This document shows positions 37,590-50,018 of a DNA stretch of 64,000 nucleotides, in pieces. Numbering within the stretch: position 1 is the stretch's first letter; each line of letters starts with the position of its first letter. The notes below the pieces were generated by a model. That model was not told the DNA's origin, did not search any database, and saw only the letters and a program-made list of their open reading frames with translations. Position numbers and translations under genes: made by a program. Source of the stretch: Callorhinchus milii (Eukaryota); contig NW_024704743.1 in NCBI RefSeq assembly GCF_018977255.1, positions 69,442,001 to 69,506,000 of the forward strand. Direction: 5' to 3'.

Positions 37590-37800
37590 TTATCTGTAGA
37601 TTTACGCAGGTTGTGTTGCGTGATTGTACATGTAGAAATATAGTGGGGAAGCTTTAAATTGTACTTATTGCATCTCACCAGGGTATCTTGGTGAATGGAC
37701 CATGATAACTACATATTATTTACCTGTAGATTTACGCAGGTAGTGTCGTGTGACTGTACAAAGGGAAATTGAATAGAATGTATTTACTACATCTTGGACA
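37590..37800. repeat. Imperfect 130-bp tandem duplication
   Basis: ctgtagatttacgcaggt at 37594 and 37724, each followed by gtga(t/c)tgtaca...gaaat. Confidence 0.7.
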
Positions 37801-37929
37801 GAATGTTGTGCAAAACCTAACCGAACATATCCTTAAATGTATTTGTTGAGGTCAGTGTGCTGTCAGGTCAGTGTTGTGCATACTTGGCAATAGAGTGTAT
37901 TTAATCTGTGCCGTTACAAGCCTTCTGTG

Positions 37930-37970
<41 letters not shown>

Positions 37971-38275
37971 CCTTGCATTTGATATAGCGCTTTTCACGTC
38001 GGGAGGACGTCCCAAAGCGCTTCACAGAACATACTGCAAAGTGAATTGACTGTATATTTGTGGGCGAACGCGGCAGCCAATTGCGCACAGCAATGTCCCA
38101 CAAACAGTCGTAGATTGAAAATGACCAATTTATTATTGTTTTGGGTTTTTGAAGGGATTATTATTAGGCGTGTGGAGTAAGGAAACTTGCCCAAGGTTTC
38201 GCCCTCTGCCTGGAATTGAACTCAGGTCTCTCACTTGCAAAGCGAGTGCTCTAACCACTGAGCTACAGGACTCCA
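37930..38275 (-). mobile_element. tRNA-Ala-derived SINE, young subfamily, with long (AAT)n tail; a second 3' fragment at 38313-38430
   Basis: Near-identical to 19591-19917; tail of about 13 AAT units. Confidence 0.95.
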
Positions 38276-38574
38276 ATGTGAGTGATAGTACCTGAAACTG
38301 TGTAAAAAAAAGCATAATAATAAAAATCCTTGCATTTTGATATAGCGCTTTTCATGTCTTCTCGACGTCTCAAAGCGCTTCACAGAATAGACTGTAAAGT
38401 GAATTGACTGTATATTTGTGGGCGAAATGTCTGCTCCTGTGCTGTAAGCATTACATTTACATTTAGGATTATTTCTGCTGCACCTTCAATTCTCTTTCCA
38501 TTAAACTGCTTGGCTGAACACTGCCTAAGACATGAACATAACCATGTATTATCTAGAAGAGGAATTTATCAGTA

Positions 38575-38860
38575 CTTAGTCACATGTGGCATGTAGCAAA
38601 TCACATGGAACAATTACGTTCTCACACTGAATGACCTTAAATCACAAATAGCCATTACACTGTCACATGGAATTACCAGAATGACCTTAAATCACATGAA
38701 ATGATTAGACTATCACATAAAACTAACCTTAAATCATACAGAACAATTACACGATCACGTGGAATACTATTAAATCTAACGGAACCATTCCACTGCCACA
38801 TTGATTACTTTTAAAATCACATGAAGCATTATTATGTTTTCACTGTAACATCATCCTTAA
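38575..38860. repeat. Degenerate minisatellite, unit ~40-50 bp
   Basis: About 6 recurrences of (cc)ttaaatcaca..aa..attac..t.tcaca. Confidence 0.65.
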
Positions 38861-39104
38861 GGAACACTGGTGAGGATTTACATGTAACTTTTATGCTGTG
38901 AAACTTCTTTGATCAGCACTGTATGTAAAACCAGACATTTTCTGTATCGTATCCAATGTTAGGCATCCTGCTATAAAAAGGACATCAAGGTGAAAAACAC
39001 ACGACTACCCTCGGGGGAAAGGGAAGGGGAAGGAAAGCAGGTTCTCCTTGGAACTAAGATGTCTCTAAGGTGTTGTGTTTGGGAACAGAATGTCAGAAAT
39101 GAGT

Positions 39105-39595
39105 CAATACTCCATGGCGGTCTCGGTAGGTCAGGTTCTTGAGCCAGATGGGTCCTCGCACTGCTGATGACAAATCAGCCTAGCTCATCGGTAGGACTTG
39201 GGGGACAGATCAATCACTGAGGGTAAGAATTATTCCCACTCATCTCCTGTTAACCCTCTAAACAAACACCTTAATGGGTAAGGGAGTCTGAACTGAACAA
39301 GCAGTGGGATAATTGCCAGACAGTGCTGTCGATAACAAGCTAAGCAGTTTTAGTTGATTAAACTCCAGCAACACCCAACGCATACTTTGCAGTCCTCATG
39401 CCTTGGCTCTTGCCAATCTGTGCCTAATAAGCTAAATGGGGTGCATTCCTCCAGGAAGAGAGTTCATATTCAATTCCAGACACAGGGAAATTTCCATGTG
39501 TAAGTGGGTACCACATGAACTATCAGTCTGGGTTGGATATTTTTAATTATGGTGATGGATTTCCACATATGCCAGATATCCAGCTGATCCAAAAA
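39105..39595 (+). mobile_element. CCHC-LINE family 3' UTR fragment
   Basis: Reverse complement of 12815-13330 (gccttggctcttgccaatctgtgcctaata...ggtgatggatttccacatatgccagatatccagctgatccaaaaa). Confidence 0.75.
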
Positions 39596-39659
39596 TGTTT
39601 TAAAAGGTACAGTGATGTTTCACTTAGAAAGGATAAGAGTTTATAGTTATATATAGAGA

Positions 39660-40412
39660 ACGTTTTTTTTATTGGAATAGTGAAGATTAAGAGGGAGACC
39701 AACTGGAATTTTCAATATTATGAATGGTTTTGATAGGATAAATAGAAAAAGGCTATTCTCATTGTTTGGTGAGTCAGCAACAAGAATATATCAATTAAGG
39801 TTTATCTACAGAAGAAAAGTGATGAGTTAGAAGATTGTTTATAGCACACAGAGGATTTCTGGAGTATGGAATGCTTTACCATACACAACCTTTTAAGTCA
39901 AATCTGTAACAGCAAATCAATTAGATAAATACTTGAAGAAAAATATTGACACATATAGGGAAGGAGCAGGAAAATATTAACACGTGTGGGAAAGGAGCAG
40001 GAAAAGGGGATTAAAATAGATATCTCCAGTGAATAGATAGCACCAGCACAGACAGGACACAGGGGGTCAGGTCAGGACTTGAACAGTCCTCACCTTCCCA
40101 AATCCTGCCATCCAACCGGCCTAGCTCAGGAACCAAATACAAGACCGCTACTTTCGCTCACACATGCCTAGTCACTACACTGTACATTATATTATATGAA
40201 GCACTTTGAAACGTCCTTCCTATGTTGACGCTCAGTCTTATTCAAGACTGAGATAGATATATTTCTTATTGCAAAAGGGATTAAGGGATATGGGGATAAG
40301 GCCGGGTCAGGTTATTAGCTGGAGTTAGATTAGAAGATCAGCCATGATTGAATGGAAGGGCAGGCTAGAAGGGCCAAATGGCCTACTCCTGCTCCTACAT
40401 GTTATGTTATGT
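39660..40412 (+). mobile_element. Two CR1 3' end fragments (39660-40050 and 40240-40412)
   Basis: gtgaagattaagagggagacc...tatggaatgctttacc, and gggcaggctagaagggccaaatggcctactcctgctcctac-atgttatgttatgt terminus. Confidence 0.75.
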
Positions 40413-41787
40413 GAAAGGCATACATGTTATCAAATGTAACAATTGTTTCTTTTATTGATTTTTTGATATTCCTTTGCCAAGCACATTACCTTGGAGTCAG
40501 TTCAGCTCGAAGGAGACTCCGCTCTGCATCAAGTTGGACAGTCACTAATCGGTGATTTGACATCCGAGAAGCTCAGGTTTGAGCCCTCACTAGGTGGATG
40601 GCGAAACCAGGATCTCCCTGCAAGCTTCTTGATGGTCAACACAGCTCAGTATGAAGTGAATGAGCAATTTTATTTGGGGGATTGTTGGCAAGGACACTGG
40701 GAAGCTTGACCACTGAATGGGGAAATATAAATCGCTGAGAGGATTTGCGCTCTGACCAATGAAAATTTTGGGAGAATGCTGAGTAAATCCTCTTTAGCTT
40801 CTTAGAAATAAACAGACGTGGTAAGCTAGCTCCTCTTGTTTACTCACTTACGCTGGAGCCAATGCTTCTCACAAGGCCTGGCCTGCTCCAGTTAATGTTG
40901 CTGCCTCTAGACATTCTTGGGAACCCACTCTTATGATTTGGTTGCTGGAAGCATAGCTGGCATCTTGCACTTGGCCTGGCACTCAAATGGGTGGGTACTG
41001 CAGCTACATTGTTGTTTGGCACTCCTTCTACATTCCTCGTAGCAAGGCCATTTAATTTCCCTGGGGACTTCTGAATGCCAACGTTCAGGGTCTGGAAGGC
41101 GATAAACTGATGGAAGTTGTTGATTTAAAAAAACATGCTGTGCTGTTTTCTCCAAAACTCACTGCACAAGTTCTTAAACCTGTTATGTTTTAGGATGATC
41201 CCTGCAGAGTGGTAAACACTCTTTTGGAATACTACCCACGTAGTTAACCTGTCAGGTTTAGTTACCTCCAAAACATTGATGGCATTAATTCACTACAGTT
41301 TGCTATAGTACCTGGGTAATGCCAATATTTTTGTTTAAAATATCTTGGGCAGGTTTTAATTTTTATTATTTATACATGAGGAGAAATTTTACCTGGTTCT
41401 AAATTTATTTCATTTTCTTAGCATTTCAGAGTGTCCTGAATTGGGCAAATTGTTGAACTGAGTCTTAAGTTACCTTTCCTTTCAAAGCTACTGGAAAAAG
41501 TGTCGCTTCCCAGCTTTGTTGGGAAACAGCTAGGGAGATAAAAACAGCTAGGGAGATAAACAGTTAAGTAATCATTTCGTTTGATACTGATCAACATTTG
41601 TTCCTAATTATTTGTTGCTGAATCATTCGTCTTAAATGGTTGGAAGAATGTAAACATCTGAAGCTTTAAGTGCTAGTGCTTAATGACTTTCACTGCAGGT
41701 ACATTCTGTTTATCCTGCTTGTTTTTATGATCCCCATCCCCCATAAACAAATCTATCTCTGGTAACATCATTCATTTCCTTGTCAAC

Positions 41788-42380
41788 AGTTGGCTTGGTT
41801 CTGATATTCCATTGCCAAATATGTCACCTTGGAGCCAGTTCAACTCCAAAAAGACCCCGCTTACTGCCCCCTCCTCCCATCCCCCACCCCCAGGAGAATA
41901 GTCACAAGTTAGTCATTTTAGCGCTAACCTAGCTACCAACAAGTGTGGGTTTAAGCCCTCGCAAGGTAGATACCAGGAGTTGCCTCCGAGCTTCCTCGTG
42001 GACAACACAGCTCAGCATGAAATGGGTGAGAGCATTGCCACTATCTTCCTGTCTGTATCTCAGACCTGCATCCCATCCCATTGAGTGATGGTTCTATCAG
42101 TTGGAGGTGCGGCGCTTGAGCAGCAGGTGCTTATCTCTCTGCAAACCAATCAAGGTGGAGATTCTAACCCTCTGTTTTTTGTGTCATTATAAATGACACA
42201 ATCCAGAACTCGGATTGCTGGTAATGCCTTCCAGCAGCTGTTATCCCAAGCTTCAGAGTTTCCTCACCAGCTGGACATCTGTCTTCAGCATGGTGGTAGG
42301 ACCTTTACGGGACAGCTTGTGACGTGCCAGCCACCTTGATGTTCTCGAGGTCCAAATCCAATGTCGCCTACCTGCTAAAT
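41788..42380 (-). mobile_element. CCHC-LINE family ORF2 C-terminal fragment (smaller piece at 40465-40655)
   Basis: Minus strand reads KHLLLKRRTSN**NHHSMG..QEDSGNALTHFMLSCVVHEEARRQLL; collinear with 13340-13850. Confidence 0.75.
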
Positions 42381-43649
42381 TCAGGTCCTCATGTGAGAGC
42401 GTTGGCAAATAGATGTGCCTCTGTGAAGTCAAGTAAAGTGTTACACTGTGCATGCCATCAAGCCACCTATTACTGCTTCATAGGAAATCAGACTGGCAAA
42501 TGTACATGGAAGAGAGACATTTATAATGACACAAAAAACAGAGGGTTAGAATCTTTTTGTTTTTCTCAAAATGACTACAACTGTAAGAATTCCACCCAGT
42601 TTTGTCAACATAGATATGAAATATCATCTAAGATATGAATCTTCCATTCTTTAATTTCCAATTGAAACATTTAACCAAATAGCCACAGTCCATCAAACAG
42701 GTATGTTTTCTCACTTGTACTTGTGGAATATTATTAAGTTCTGTTGGTCGCTATCTTTGTGTGATTATGTCACTCACCATAGAGATTAGATCAGATTGTA
42801 CCTGACACTGGGTTTGCACTTAGCCTTCATCATTCAGAATTTAAAGGCACCAGGTGCAGCCAGTGAGTCACTTGAAATCAGTTTCAGCAGGATGCCATCA
42901 TTATTTCAGTGGTGGAATGCCTTGTGATACAATGATCTTTCATCTTCCTTCCTCATCGTTTGCCTTCTCCCCTCAGGCTGTTTGCCAGACAAGAGTTTTT
43001 AAGAGGGGGGAGGGGATGCGAGGCAACCCGTACTTTGAATGACTGGCACAAATACTTCTGTTTTCAACTAGAGCTCACAACACTAAGGTGTTTGAAGCAT
43101 GTGACAACTCATTTTATTCCTTGGTCATATTAGCTCCTAGCGAAGGGAAAAAGACCAGTGAACAGTTTTAGAATTGCTTGGCAATCTCATAAGCATCTGA
43201 AGGTTATGGCATCACGACTACAACTTCGCAGAATATTCCATGGGAGTGGAGTGGATTGGCGGGGGAGGAATAACTTTGTAATCTACTGTGTTTAATCATT
43301 CTAAAGTAGCAGGCGGATGAACATGTGTGATTTAAAAAGCACACGCGCACCTTGAACGTTAAAATTTATGATTAGCACTAAAGTGCATTCAGTCAGTGAA
43401 CAATTTGTGGAATTTGGCTCAAGACTTTTTTATACTTCCGTGACATTATTTCCATTCACCTTCTTGGGCCTGCAATAGCATTTCCTCAAGATTATCTTTT
43501 TAAAGGCTGAAAGAACTCTTTAACAAAGTTGTGTTCTCTATTTTACCTGTGAATTATTGTGTAGAACATTTTCAGATAATCTGAAGATTAAGTAAGGAAT
43601 AGGCAACGCACTTTACAATGACAACACTTTACATTCAAATTGGTCATTT

Positions 43650-43762
43650 ATAAGAATATAAGTAAAACTAGATGAAAAAAGATCAAGTTCCATCTAGTTC
43701 GCCTTCCATCTTCCTGGCGGTCGCATGCACATATGTTCCAAATTACTTTTGCACTATATCCC
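43650..43762 (-). mobile_element. CR1 LINE 3' terminus
   Basis: rc ggaagatggaaggcgaactagatggaacttgatcttttttcatctag...ttatattcttat; same as the fragment at 8710-8790. Confidence 0.65.
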
Positions 43763-43764
43763 AT

Positions 43765-44398
43765 AACAACAACAACAAAATAAATTTATAGAGCGCCTTT
43801 CACATTGGGAGGACATCCCAAGGCGCTGGACAGTCAGGGGTCAGGACCCGAGCATGGGAGAGGGGTGGAGTTAGGCTGAGGGAAGGCAGAGAGGTGGGAG
43901 GGCGACCGAAGGCACGATTGAAGAGGGGGGTCTTGAAGCCGACCTGGAAGGAGGCAAGGGAGGAAGCAGGGCGAAGGGACCGTGGGATGGAGTTCCAGAG
44001 CATGGGGACCGAAAGGCTGAAAGCCCAACCACTGATGGGAGGGTGGGTCGGGTGGGAGATATGGAGCAGGTCAGAGCCCGCTGAAAGGAGGGAGCGGGCA
44101 GGTTGGTAGGGAGTCAGCAGGTCAGAGAGGTAAGAGGGGGCAAGGCCATGGATGGCCTTGAAAGTAAGGACAAGGATCTTGAATTTGATTCTCTGAGGGA
44201 TGAGGAGCCAGTGGAGTCGGGCGAGGGTGGTAGTGATGGGGTCACGGAGCCTGGTGCACGAGAGTACACAAGCTGCAGAGTTTTGGATGATCTGCAGCTT
44301 TTGAAGGGAAGAGTTGGGAAGGCCGATGAGGAGGGAGTTTTCATTTTTGAGCCTTGATGTGACGAATGCATGGGTAAGGGTTTCGGAGCCTGAGGGAG
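43765..44398 (-). mobile_element. L2 LINE, 5'-truncated
   Basis: ETLTHAFVTSRL..SLLIGLPNSSLQKLQIIQNSAACVL..; 3' stem-loop and (caa)n tail at 43765-43778. Confidence 0.92.
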
Positions 44399-46020
44399 TT
44401 TCTACGACTTCCTTAGTTCCTTAAGTATCCTTGGATGCAATTTATGTGGACCCTGAGATTTATTTACCTTAAGTTCATATCACAAGGGTTCTGTTTTGGG
44501 ACCTCTTTTGTTTAATGTTTTTATAAATGATGGTAAATAAATCTCAACACAGCTGTTTGACAACCATGCTGGTAGTGATATGAATAGTGCCACAACCTTT
44601 TTCTGCAAAATCCTTGAGTTCTCTTTCCAATTTAGATAAGTTACCCGTCTTCTCCTTGGTAAAGACTGATACAAAAAACTTATTTAGCACTATTGCAGCC
44701 TGTGCAGCATTATTTGTCATATTGTCTCCCAAATCCACCTTCAGTGGTCCTATTCCATTGCTTGTTTTTCTTCTACTCTTAATGTAACTAAAAAACTTTT
44801 TGTTATTATCCTTCACATCTCTTGCCATGTTCAATTCAAAGCATTTCTTTGCCATTCTGATGCCATTTTGTAGTCCTGGCATGCTTTCTGGTATTGAGTC
44901 TGACTTATTTCCGTGCCATTTTCCTTCATGGCCTTAAATGCCTTTTTTTCCCTCTTTATGATTTGCTTTGTCGCCCCATCCAACCAGGCAAGAGTGCCTT
45001 TAAGCTTGGTACCTTTGCTTCTCATGGGTACACATTGTTCCACTGTCTTCATAATCACCTCCTTGAAGGAACATGAAGGGTCCTCCCCTCCCATTGCCAT
45101 ATTTAAATCTGCCAGGCCCACTGCGACTAGACTTCTCAAGCGCATAAAGTCAGTCCTCTTGAAATTTGGCAGTTTTGTTTGCGTTTTTATAACCTCACCA
45201 GCTCTTGTGATGTCAAATGTGATTGCATTGTGATTGCCGTTTCATTATGCTTCTCCCACCTTTATGTTGGAGATTTGGTTGTCCCTGTTGCTCATTATCA
45301 AATCCAAGATGTTATCTCCCCTTTTTGGCTCTTTTATAAACTGAGTCATAAAAGAGTCTTCCTTTAACTCTAGAAACCCTTTCCCTTTATTACCGGTAGA
45401 CATATTATTATTCCAATCAATTTCAGGTAAAAATTAAAATCGCCAACCACTATGGTTGGTCCCTTATTAGTGGCCTTCCTTATCTCATCCCATAGTTCCA
45501 GGTCAAGGCTTTCTCCCTGGCTTGGGGGTATATAGCAGACCCCCAGTAACAGCTTACCTCTGTTACCATCTTTTAATTCTACCCAAAGTAATTCTGTGTC
45601 TGCCCTTTCCTTTTTTGTATCCTCTTTCACTTGTGTCTCAATAATGGAGCTTGCATATAGTGCCATACCACCTCCTCTTCTCCTGATACCGTCCTCCCTA
45701 AGCAGTTTATAACCTTCCAGATACATATCCCATTGATTGGATTTATTCCACCATGTCTCTGATGCTAATGATGTCTAATCTATCATACCCTACAAGACTT
45801 TTCAGATCACGTATCTTGTTTGCCAGACTTCTTGCATTAATACAAGTACAGTTTTTTTGCTTTTCCCATTTACTTTATAAGCAGTTTTTGCTTCTTTTGT
45901 GCCAATTTTTGGAGTTAGACCCATTACACTGGTACACCTTAAGGTTTTCCCTAATTGGCTTGGGTGCTCTCCTGCACCTATTTCATCCACCCCTGTGCCT
46001 AGTTTAAACACTCCCTAACT
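44399..46020 (-). mobile_element. CR1 LINE 5' part: ORF1 end, APE endonuclease and linker up to the RT start (frameshifted, dead)
   Basis: ORF1 end gagtgtttaaactag, then GYKLLREDG..RGGGMALY, LLWVEL..GVCYIPP, VVGDFN, KDNNKKFFSYIKSRRK..LNKFFVSVFT, LKVNKSQGP..HPRILKEL. Confidence 0.93.
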
Positions 46021-46944
46021 AAATTGTACACTTTACAGTAAATCCTGTGAAGGGCTCTGAGATGTCCTCCTGATGTGAAAGACACAATATCAAATGCAAG
46101 GATTATTATGTTATTTATTTATATAGTGCCTTTCATGTCAGTCTCAAAATGTTATAGGGGTTATGGCAGCATCCTCCCAAAGTGACAGGCGCTATACAAA
46201 TGTAAATGTTGTATTGTATTGTATTGTTTTGAAGGTGAAGAGGGAGACAATGCTGAGGTACTCTGGGACAGAGTTCCAGAAAGTGGGCAGAATGAATGAA
46301 AGCTTTCCCACTGATGGAAATGATCAAAATGTGCTGTATAACAAAATACTGTACAATGTTGCTGATCTTATTGGCAGTTATCTAGCTAACCAGGTAGAAA
46401 TAATAATAATCCTTGCATTTGATATCGCGCCTTATTGTGTCTTTGAGATGTCTCAAAGTGCTTCACAGAATATACTGTAAAATGAATTGATTGTATATTT
46501 TGTGTATATATTCTGTATATTTTGAAAACATCAATTTCTAATATAATTAAAAAGAACAAAGTGTAACATCTACATAAATAATGTTTTAGTAAATAGAAAT
46601 GGCACTAGTTATGTTGTGATATCATGCTACCAACAACATCATAATAATAATCCTTGCATTTGGAATAGCACCTTTCATGTCTGGAGGACATGTCAAAGTG
46701 CTTCACAAGATAAACTGTAAAGTGTAGTGGCTGTGTATTTGTAGGTGATGTTGCAGCCTGTTTGCACACAGTGATATCCCACAAACAGCCTTGAAGTGAA
46801 TGGCCAATATTGTTTGGGGATTGTTGGCCAGGAGACTGAGAGAAACTCATTTCATGGCATGCCTCTGTGGTGATGAACTCGATAGCTAGAAGAGTCTAAT
46901 GACAGAGCTGAAGGAGGAAAAATAATAGCTGATAGACCATTTTT

Positions 46945-47345
46945 ATTTAATCAACTGGATGTCACATGCGGAAACCCATCACCATGCTTAAGAATATACA
47001 AACAAGTTTGATTGTTCCACATATGGACAAGGTGACACATTGAATAAATATGCATGAAAATATTCCTTTGTTTGGAATGGAGTCCACTCTCTCTCTCTCT
47101 CCCTGGAGGGAGAGAGTAAACCTTGCTTGCCAAATTCTGAAAAGTATTAGGCACAGGTTGGCAAGAGCATTGAGGTAAAGCTAAGGTTCAAATAGTTAAA
47201 ATCACATCAATGTCATTGTGAGCACTGTATGACAAGCTTCCTGCTGCTTGTCAAGCAAAGACAACCCTACCTATTCCGTCTTTGGTTTGCAGGGTTAACA
47301 GGAGTCAAATGGGAAGAATCCCGACTTAAGTATGGGACTAGCCTT
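46945..47345 (-). mobile_element. CCHC-LINE family 3' UTR fragment
   Basis: atgcggaaacccatcaccatgcttaag...ttggaatggagtccactctc...gtattaggcacaggttggcaagagc. Confidence 0.7.
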
Positions 47346-47857
47346 TCAAGTTCTGGCGATAATCCAGGCAGTCATCCCAAATCTACCACCTTATTTACTA
47401 CTTTGAGGTATTTTCCTATTTTGTTGTTAAAAGCTACCAAGTTCAGAAGGTCAAGTATTCATGGGAAATACTTCAATGAATGTACAGGCTGGTATTACTT
47501 AAATTCTGATACAAATCTCACTCTAGTCGAGAGAATTTGCAAACTCAAAGTCAAATTTGGCAGAGTCACTCACAAATATTGTGAATCTGGCAATATCTTA
47601 ACATCTTAACACATCTGTTAAGGAAACTTGAACCTAAGTACATCCGGGGTAAATTAAACAAGAATGCTTCAAAATGGATCAACAGTAAAATTAAAAGGGA
47701 GATTTAGAATAAAAAAGATCTATAAAGCTTGTAGGGAGAAAGGAGACAGAGATCACTGGGAGGAGTGCAAGATTATACAGAAGTAGATTTAAAAAAGAGA
47801 AAGAACATAAGAATATAACATCAAATGCAATAGATAATGCCAAATAATTCTTCAACA

Positions 47858-48125
47858 TTTTTTTGGTTGGGCGAGTGTCTGATACATGTGGAAACCCATC
47901 ACTGCTTAAGAGCAAAACTGAGTGTTTTATGTATGCCATTTGCACATGAAAATTCATGTGTTTGGAATAGAATTTGGACTCTCTCCCCAGAGGGATAAAT
48001 CCTGTTTACCTAATTCTGGAGAGTGTTAGGCACAAGTTGGCAAGAGCCAAGGTTTGGGCATCACAGAGTATGCGTTGGTGCACTGCTGAAGTTTAACCAG
48101 CTAAAAATACATTGCTTACCATTTG
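47858..48125 (-). mobile_element. CCHC-LINE family 3' end with poly(A)
   Basis: T-run, then ggttgggcgagtgtctgatacatgtggaaacccatc, collinear with 12807-13090. Confidence 0.75.
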
Positions 48126-48145
48126 AAAGCAATGAAAACTTTTGT

Positions 48146-48508
48146 GGAGTCCTGTAGCTCAGTGCTAAGGGCACTCACCTTGCAAGTGAGAGACTTGCAA
48201 TTCAATTCCTGGCAAGGCGAAATGTTGGGCAAGTTTCCTTACTCCACACATCTCTATTCACCTAGCAGTAAATAGGAACCCAGTTGTTAGTCGATTGGCG
48301 GATCGCTTTTCCGGGGGTAATAATTCCTTCTGAAAAAAATAATAAATTGGTAACCTCAATCCATGACTGTTTGTGTGACACTGCTATGTGCAATTGGCTG
48401 CTACATTTCGTATACAGTCAATTAATTTTACAGTATATTCTGTGAAGCGCTTTGAGACGTCTCAAAGCCACCATAAGGCGCCATATCAAATACAAGGATT
48501 ATTATTAT
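48146..48508 (+). mobile_element. tRNA-derived SINE, older/long subfamily, full length
   Basis: ggagtcctgtagctcagtg head, internal ctctattcacctagcagtaaataggaacc segment and (att)n tail; aaaact occurs on both flanks. Confidence 0.9.
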
Positions 48509-50018
48509 ATAAAACTCTAAGGGACACAAATTGTGTTGACATAGAGAACAAACAGCGATAGGAAACATAGGGTGGTATGTGATGTGATAATTACCATTAG
48601 TAAGATTATCACATTGTGAGATATGCTGCTCCTGAACATGTCATAGTCAATAATTGGAAAATTAAGAGTTCAGTTAATCTGGTTTCCCTGAAATGTTGGA
48701 ATCTGCATAGCAACAGAATCAAAGTGTCCCCAATTATCTCATTAACAAAACCATTGTATTTCTTCATTGTAAGTAACGACTGGAACAGGTTACCAGAAAA
48801 TGTGGTTGAGGCCAGGACTCAGTCAACAAGCAGCTTGATGTGGTGATGGGAGAACATTAGGTAGGGTAGTCTGGAAGGATAATATCAAATGGGGTAAAGG
48901 GCCTTCTTCATCCAAACCTTCTTGTGGCTTTATGAACTGTACCACCAAAGGAGGAGATTTATGAAATATTGACAGACATTTTGAAGATGTCAGTAAACAT
49001 AGGTGAGGTTCTGACAAACTGAAAGAATGCAAATGTGGTTCCCACAATCATGAAAGTTGACAGAGCAATATCTGTCACCTTCAAACCCATTTGCTTCACC
49101 TCAATAATTGGAAAACTAATGGGCTCATTTAAGAAACAGCTTGATGCCTGAATGGGTGAGGTTTGTGTTCTGGAAGGAAGAGATCAATTAATCTGAAGGA
49201 TTTTCTTCATCCAAACCCTTCTTCTGATACAATATATATTTATATAGTGGCTTTCATATTGGGAGGACATCTCAAAGGGTTTCGCACACTGGCTGATCTC
49301 CAAGTTAGTGCTAACTGAATTGCAGACAATCAATTCTTGTAGACAATTACTTTAGATTATTGACATATTTTTGTTGATCACATTAAGAATCTCAGTACAA
49401 GCCCTCTCCTGAAATTAAAAGCTTTATAAATTCATTTCTTCTTGTAGTAATCATGATAGAGAAACATGTCCAACTTAACCGTAACTATGGAGAAGCCATG
49501 CAACAGAGTTATGGAAATAACTCTTAGAGGCAAATGACCAGATAGCGTTGGCTGGCTATATTTTACAAAGCATTTTAATCCCAACTAGTATTTGATTCCC
49601 TCGAACAATAATTTGCAACAGAATTTCTCCCGGCTGATTTCAGCTAACATTTCCGTCTCTACTTGAAAGAGAGGCAACATCTCAATGCTGCCAATAATCA
49701 ACATATTGTTTTTATTTAACATCAGTTGAGAAATATTAAGAAACAATTAGCCAAATAGTCATGTTCCATCTGATCAAATTTGGTAATGTAAAACCCAACA
49801 AGTACCGTAAGTTTAGAAATAAAGAAAAAACATAAAAAGCTGTGGAAATGCAAAAATAAAAACAGAAAATTATGGAAATCCACTGTATAAAAATTTGATT
49901 GGAGGGGCAAACAAAATAAAGTAAATTAACAGAAACTCCACGACTACTTTGAAGTTAAACACCTGAGAGATGTGCTATTGAAGCACACAGAGTCCTGTGT
50001 CTCGATTATTAGAGAGGA

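Noticed and set aside
41522..41566. 18-bp tandem duplication aaacagctagggagata (similar short duplication at 39958-40005)
   Set aside because: Ordinary slippage-type micro-duplication with no further structure.
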